Shown here: positions 56,960-59,678 of the stretch, piece by piece
Layout: every line of letters begins with the position of its first letter
How positions within the stretch are numbered: the first letter of the stretch is position 1
Source of the DNA: Spirochaetota bacterium
Lineage (GTDB): Bacteria; Spirochaetota; Spirochaetia; JABEVK01
DNA length: 59,678 bases
NCBI GenBank assembly: GCA_020049045.1
Contig: JAIFLN010000017.1
Coordinates: forward strand, 1 to 59,678
Direction of reading: 5' to 3'
Notes under the pieces: model-generated
Databases searched by the model: none
What the model saw: the letters and a program-made list of their open reading frames with translations, nothing else
Told to the model about the DNA's origin: nothing
Position numbers and translations under genes: made by a program

Positions 56960-57988
56960 ATGAAGTTGTTGTCGCTGTCCGCCATCGCAACTTGCCTCCT
57001 TACCGTGTTCGGTTGTGCCAGCTTCCAGACGAACCTCGACCTGTCGGGCCTGCGCGACATCAACAAGCAATTGCTGGCTGACGACGGGGTGGGTACTCCC
57101 GAGGATTTGACCGGATTCCTAGAAGGCTTCGACCCCTTCGGTGTACCGGTCGTCGAACCGGCGGAGATTCACGAAGGTCCCCTTACGCGCTGGAACTTGA
57201 AAGAGGGCGCTTACCCGCAGTTGAAGCAGGCGCGTCTCAGCTTTCCTTCTCCGCTGGGAGATGAGGCGGTTTTCTACCTCTACTACGAGGGCAGCCTGGA
57301 GGGAAAGAAGGTCATCCTCTGGGTTCCCGGCTATGGAGTCTCGGATCTGGCCTTTGTTTTTCTCCCGAATTTCTTCCGGACAGAACTCGCCCAAGGGTAC
57401 GCAATTCTGTTTTACACCCTTCCTTTCCATCTCGAGAGGACAGTCCCGGGAAAGAGCCCGGGTGACGGACTGCTGACCTTGAACACGGTGAAGACTCTCA
57501 GAACCTTCTCCGGCGTCATCGCTGAGTTGCGTACGGGAGTCGAGTATCTCCGCTCCCAAGGGGTCACTTCTTTCTCCGGTTGGGGCGGCTCGGTTGGGGC
57601 CGCTTTGCTGTGGACCCTGTCGACCCGTGAGTCCTTGGAGCAGATGACCTTGATGATACCGGTGGTTGACTGGACGACACTTCTGTTCCATGCAGAGCTC
57701 GCCCCGACCCTGGGCTTGCTCCAAGACCGGGGCTTTTCCCGGGAGCTTTTAGCACGAGCCTATGCGCCTTTCTCTCCCCAAAACACGCACAGCCTCACCG
57801 ACCCAGGCCGTATCCAGGTCCTTTACGCGCGCCGGGACCAACTCACCCCCGAGGCGAGTACCCTCGCCTTCCTCGAGAGTCATGGCATTCTGCATTTTCG
57901 GGGGTACAACGAGAGCCACGGTACCATCCTGCTCAACTCGACTCTGTACCAGGACTATGCAGCTTTCCTGGCGGTCATTCCACAGTGA
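56960..57988 (+). CDS. Lipoprotein alpha/beta hydrolase
   Basis: Lipobox VFGC; LPFH, nucleophile elbow GGSVG, later D and H candidates. Confidence 0.75.
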   Translation: MKLLSLSAIATCLLTVFGCASFQTNLDLSGLRDINKQLLADDGVGTPEDLTGFLEGFDPFGVPVVEPAEIHEGPLTRWNLKEGAYPQLKQARLSFPSPLGDEAVFYLYYEGSLEGKKVILWVPGYGVSDLAFVFLPNFFRTELAQGYAILFYTLPFHLERTVPGKSPGDGLLTLNTVKTLRTFSGVIAELRTGVEYLRSQGVTSFSGWGGSVGAALLWTLSTRESLEQMTLMIPVVDWTTLLFHAELAPTLGLLQDRGFSRELLARAYAPFSPQNTHSLTDPGRIQVLYARRDQLTPEASTLAFLESHGILHFRGYNESHGTILLNSTLYQDYAAFLAVIPQ

Positions 57989-58307
57989 CGCGTTCGCCCT
58001 GAAGCCGTTTGAGCCGCTGTTGCACCACGGCCTGGTGGCCGCACCGGGCCATCTCGACCACACAGGGAGCCGCCAGAGTGTAGATAACTTGGGTTCCCTT
58101 TTTCTCCACTTCCAACAGGCCGACGTCGTAGAGTTGTGAGAGGTGCTTTGAGGCGATGGACTTGTTGAGACCCAGGTCAGCGGCCAGCTCACAGACACAC
58201 CAAGGCTCGGCCTGCAGTCGTTCCAGCATGGCCAGCCGCATGGGGTGGCCGATGGCCTTGAACACCTCGGCGCTGAGTTCCAACCTGGCTTTGTCTTTGT
58301 CGTCCAT
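57975..58307 (-). CDS. arsR: ArsR/SmtB-family repressor
   Basis: FKAIGHPMRL, CVCEL, SKHLSQL; additional C-terminal Cys pair. Confidence 0.9.
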   Translation of the reverse strand: MDDKDKARLELSAEVFKAIGHPMRLAMLERLQAEPWCVCELAADLGLNKSIASKHLSQLYDVGLLEVEKKGTQVIYTLAAPCVVEMARCGHQAVVQQRLKRLQGERVTVE

Positions 58308-58320
58308 GGTTTCATGGTTG

Positions 58321-58353
58321 CAATAAATGGAAACATTGTCAATAATGGGAACA
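58321..58353. promoter_or_regulatory. Possible ArsR operator in the divergent promoter
   Basis: Imperfect direct repeat CAATAAATGGAAACA / CAATAATGGGAACA overlapping a minus-strand TTGACA. Confidence 0.45.
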
Positions 58354-58365
58354 GAGGAGATCCTC

Positions 58366-58605
58366 ATGACTATTCAGATTCTGGGAAGCGGTTGTGCCAA
58401 GTGCAACCAACTCGAAAAAGAAACAAAGGCTGCCGTTGCCGAACTGGGGTTGCCCATTGCCATCGAGAAGATCACCGACTTCAACCGTATCGGTGACATG
58501 GGCGTCATGGTCACCCCAGCCATCGCCATCGACAACGTGGTCAAGTTCGCCGGCAAGGTGCTGACCAAAGACCGCATCAAGCAGCTCATTCAGGAAGGCA
58601 AATAA
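58366..58605 (+). CDS. Small thioredoxin-like protein (MTH895/TM0996 family)
   Basis: IQILGSGCAKC, GVMVTPA; RBS GAGGAG. Confidence 0.92.
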   Translation: MTIQILGSGCAKCNQLEKETKAAVAELGLPIAIEKITDFNRIGDMGVMVTPAIAIDNVVKFAGKVLTKDRIKQLIQEGK

Positions 58606-58611
58606 GCCGCC

Positions 58612-59559
58612 ATGTGGGAAAACGCCGTTGACTGGCTGGTCTACACCGCTTGGAACATGCCTCACGACCAGCTGGCCGGGGCTCTGAACTTTTTCCTTTA
58701 CGACACGGGTAAAATCCTTACCTTGCTGGTGACGATTGTTTTCGCCATTTCACTGCTGCGAACCTTTTTCTCCGTGGCAACGACCAAACGCATCATTGCC
58801 AAGCTGCCGCCGGTGGTGGGGAATATTCTGGCCGCCCTGTTGGGAATTGTCACACCCTTTTGCTCCTGTTCGGCCGTCCCGCTGTTCATCGGCTTTGTGC
58901 GTGGCGGAATTCCTCTGGGGGTGACCTTTTCGTTCTTGATCGCCTCGCCCATGATCAACGAAGTAGCCTTGGTGCTGCTGGCAGGTCTGTTCGGCTGGAA
59001 AATCGCCCTCATCTACATTGGAACCGGCTTGTTGATCGCCATCGTTGCCGGCCTTGTCATCGGCTGGCTCAAGTTGGAGTCCAGCGTGGAGGGGTTTGTG
59101 TTCGGCAAGGACGCAGAAGCCCTCGTCGAAGAGAAGCCCACCTGGAAAGAGCGGTTCTCAGGCGCCTGGAATGACACGACGGAGATTCTGTACAAGGTTT
59201 GGATTTACGTCCTTGTCGCGATCGCCATCGGTGCTTTCATCCACGGCTACGTTCCCGAAGATTTCTTTGTCGAATACCTGGGCAAGGGCCAGTGGTACTC
59301 GGTCCCGTTGGCAACTCTGCTCGGCATTCCGCTGTATTCCAATGCGGCAGGAATCATCCCCATCATCAGCGCCCTGTTTGAAAAGGGCGTTCCGCTGGGG
59401 ACGGCGCTGGCGTTTATGATGGCCGTCACCGCACTTTCGTTCCCCGAGTTCGTCATCTTGCGCCGGGTGCTCAAGCTGCGGCTGCTGGTGGTCTTTGCCA
59501 GCGTGGTCGGGGCAGGCATTATGATCACCGGGTTCCTTTTCAACGCTGTGCAGCTGTAA
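58612..59559 (+). CDS. arsP: ArsP/DUF318 permease
   Basis: TPFCSCS, FLIASP, IGAFIHG, GIPLY, ALSFPE; arsR-trx context. Confidence 0.88.
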   Translation: MWENAVDWLVYTAWNMPHDQLAGALNFFLYDTGKILTLLVTIVFAISLLRTFFSVATTKRIIAKLPPVVGNILAALLGIVTPFCSCSAVPLFIGFVRGGIPLGVTFSFLIASPMINEVALVLLAGLFGWKIALIYIGTGLLIAIVAGLVIGWLKLESSVEGFVFGKDAEALVEEKPTWKERFSGAWNDTTEILYKVWIYVLVAIAIGAFIHGYVPEDFFVEYLGKGQWYSVPLATLLGIPLYSNAAGIIPIISALFEKGVPLGTALAFMMAVTALSFPEFVILRRVLKLRLLVVFASVVGAGIMITGFLFNAVQL

Positions 59560-59563
59560 CGAA

Positions 59564-59580
59564 AAGGGCGGTTAGCCCTT
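59564..59580. terminator. Small hairpin between convergent genes
   Basis: AAGGGC-ggtta-GCCCTT; short A-tract on the left would give a U-tail for the minus strand. Confidence 0.35.
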
Positions 59581-59678
59581 CAGGGCACCCGCAGAAACGC
59601 CTTCGATGACCTTGTCCTGAATCGCCAGGAAGATCAGGGCGCTGGGCAGCATGGAAAGGACCACGCCACCCAATAAAT
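59572..59678 (-). CDS. C-terminus of a MalG-type carbohydrate ABC permease (partial)
   Basis: LLGGVVLSMLPSALIFLAIQDKVIEGVSAGALKG-stop. Confidence 0.85.
   Translation of the reverse strand, partial: LLGGVVLSMLPSALIFLAIQDKVIEGVSAGALKG

Noticed and set aside
1-59678. CRISPR array, tRNA/rRNA, riboswitch, integron attC array, prophage
   Set aside because: No regularly spaced repeats, cloverleafs, recognisable aptamers, integrase or phage genes seen by eye; an Rfam/tRNAscan run would be needed to exclude small RNAs.

Overview
GC-rich bacterial chromosomal window. Gram-positive-style YesM/YesN plus LplABC sugar systems carry non-lipidated, signal-peptide-bearing binding proteins, which hints at a diderm such as a spirochaete (weak inference). 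No rRNA, tRNA, CRISPR array, integrase or transposase was recognised. Left to right: (1) a deletion-riddled 1.1-kb ghost of a promoter-antitoxin-PIN toxin-clostripain cassette whose 2.6-kb copy lies at 19236-21855; (2) kdpABCDE with a KdpE box; (3) a FitA/VapC toxin-antitoxin pair split exactly at its stop/start junction by a 300-bp MITE (19-bp TIRs, CTAG duplication); (4) a two-component-regulated ABC + GH95 glycan locus; (5) ChrB-like gene plus a frameshifted MFS; (6) a ~12-kb lipid/polyene-redox neighbourhood: SnoaL, two tandem tail-anchored unknown paralogues, a CrtI/RetSat-like oxidoreductase, RDH-like SDR, ALDH, class III cyclase, MarR and a RetSat-like enzyme fused to an FNR-type reductase; (7) a secreted GH-A-like protein, LacI, sugar isomerase, PfkB kinase and MtlD; (8) a three-component sigma54 system (kinase + sugar-binding protein + NtrC-type activator) with a visible -24/-12 promoter and enhancers driving a sugar ABC and a UroD/MtaA-family enzyme; (9) a CDP-alcohol phosphotransferase-FkbM fusion with an LtaS/sulfatase-like gene and a methyltransferase; (10) arsR-trx-arsP. 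Two window-wide patterns stand out: gene erosion by short, often microhomology-bounded deletions, and TANNNT-N6-start (probably leaderless) promoters. All family calls are by-eye motif recognition; no searches were run.
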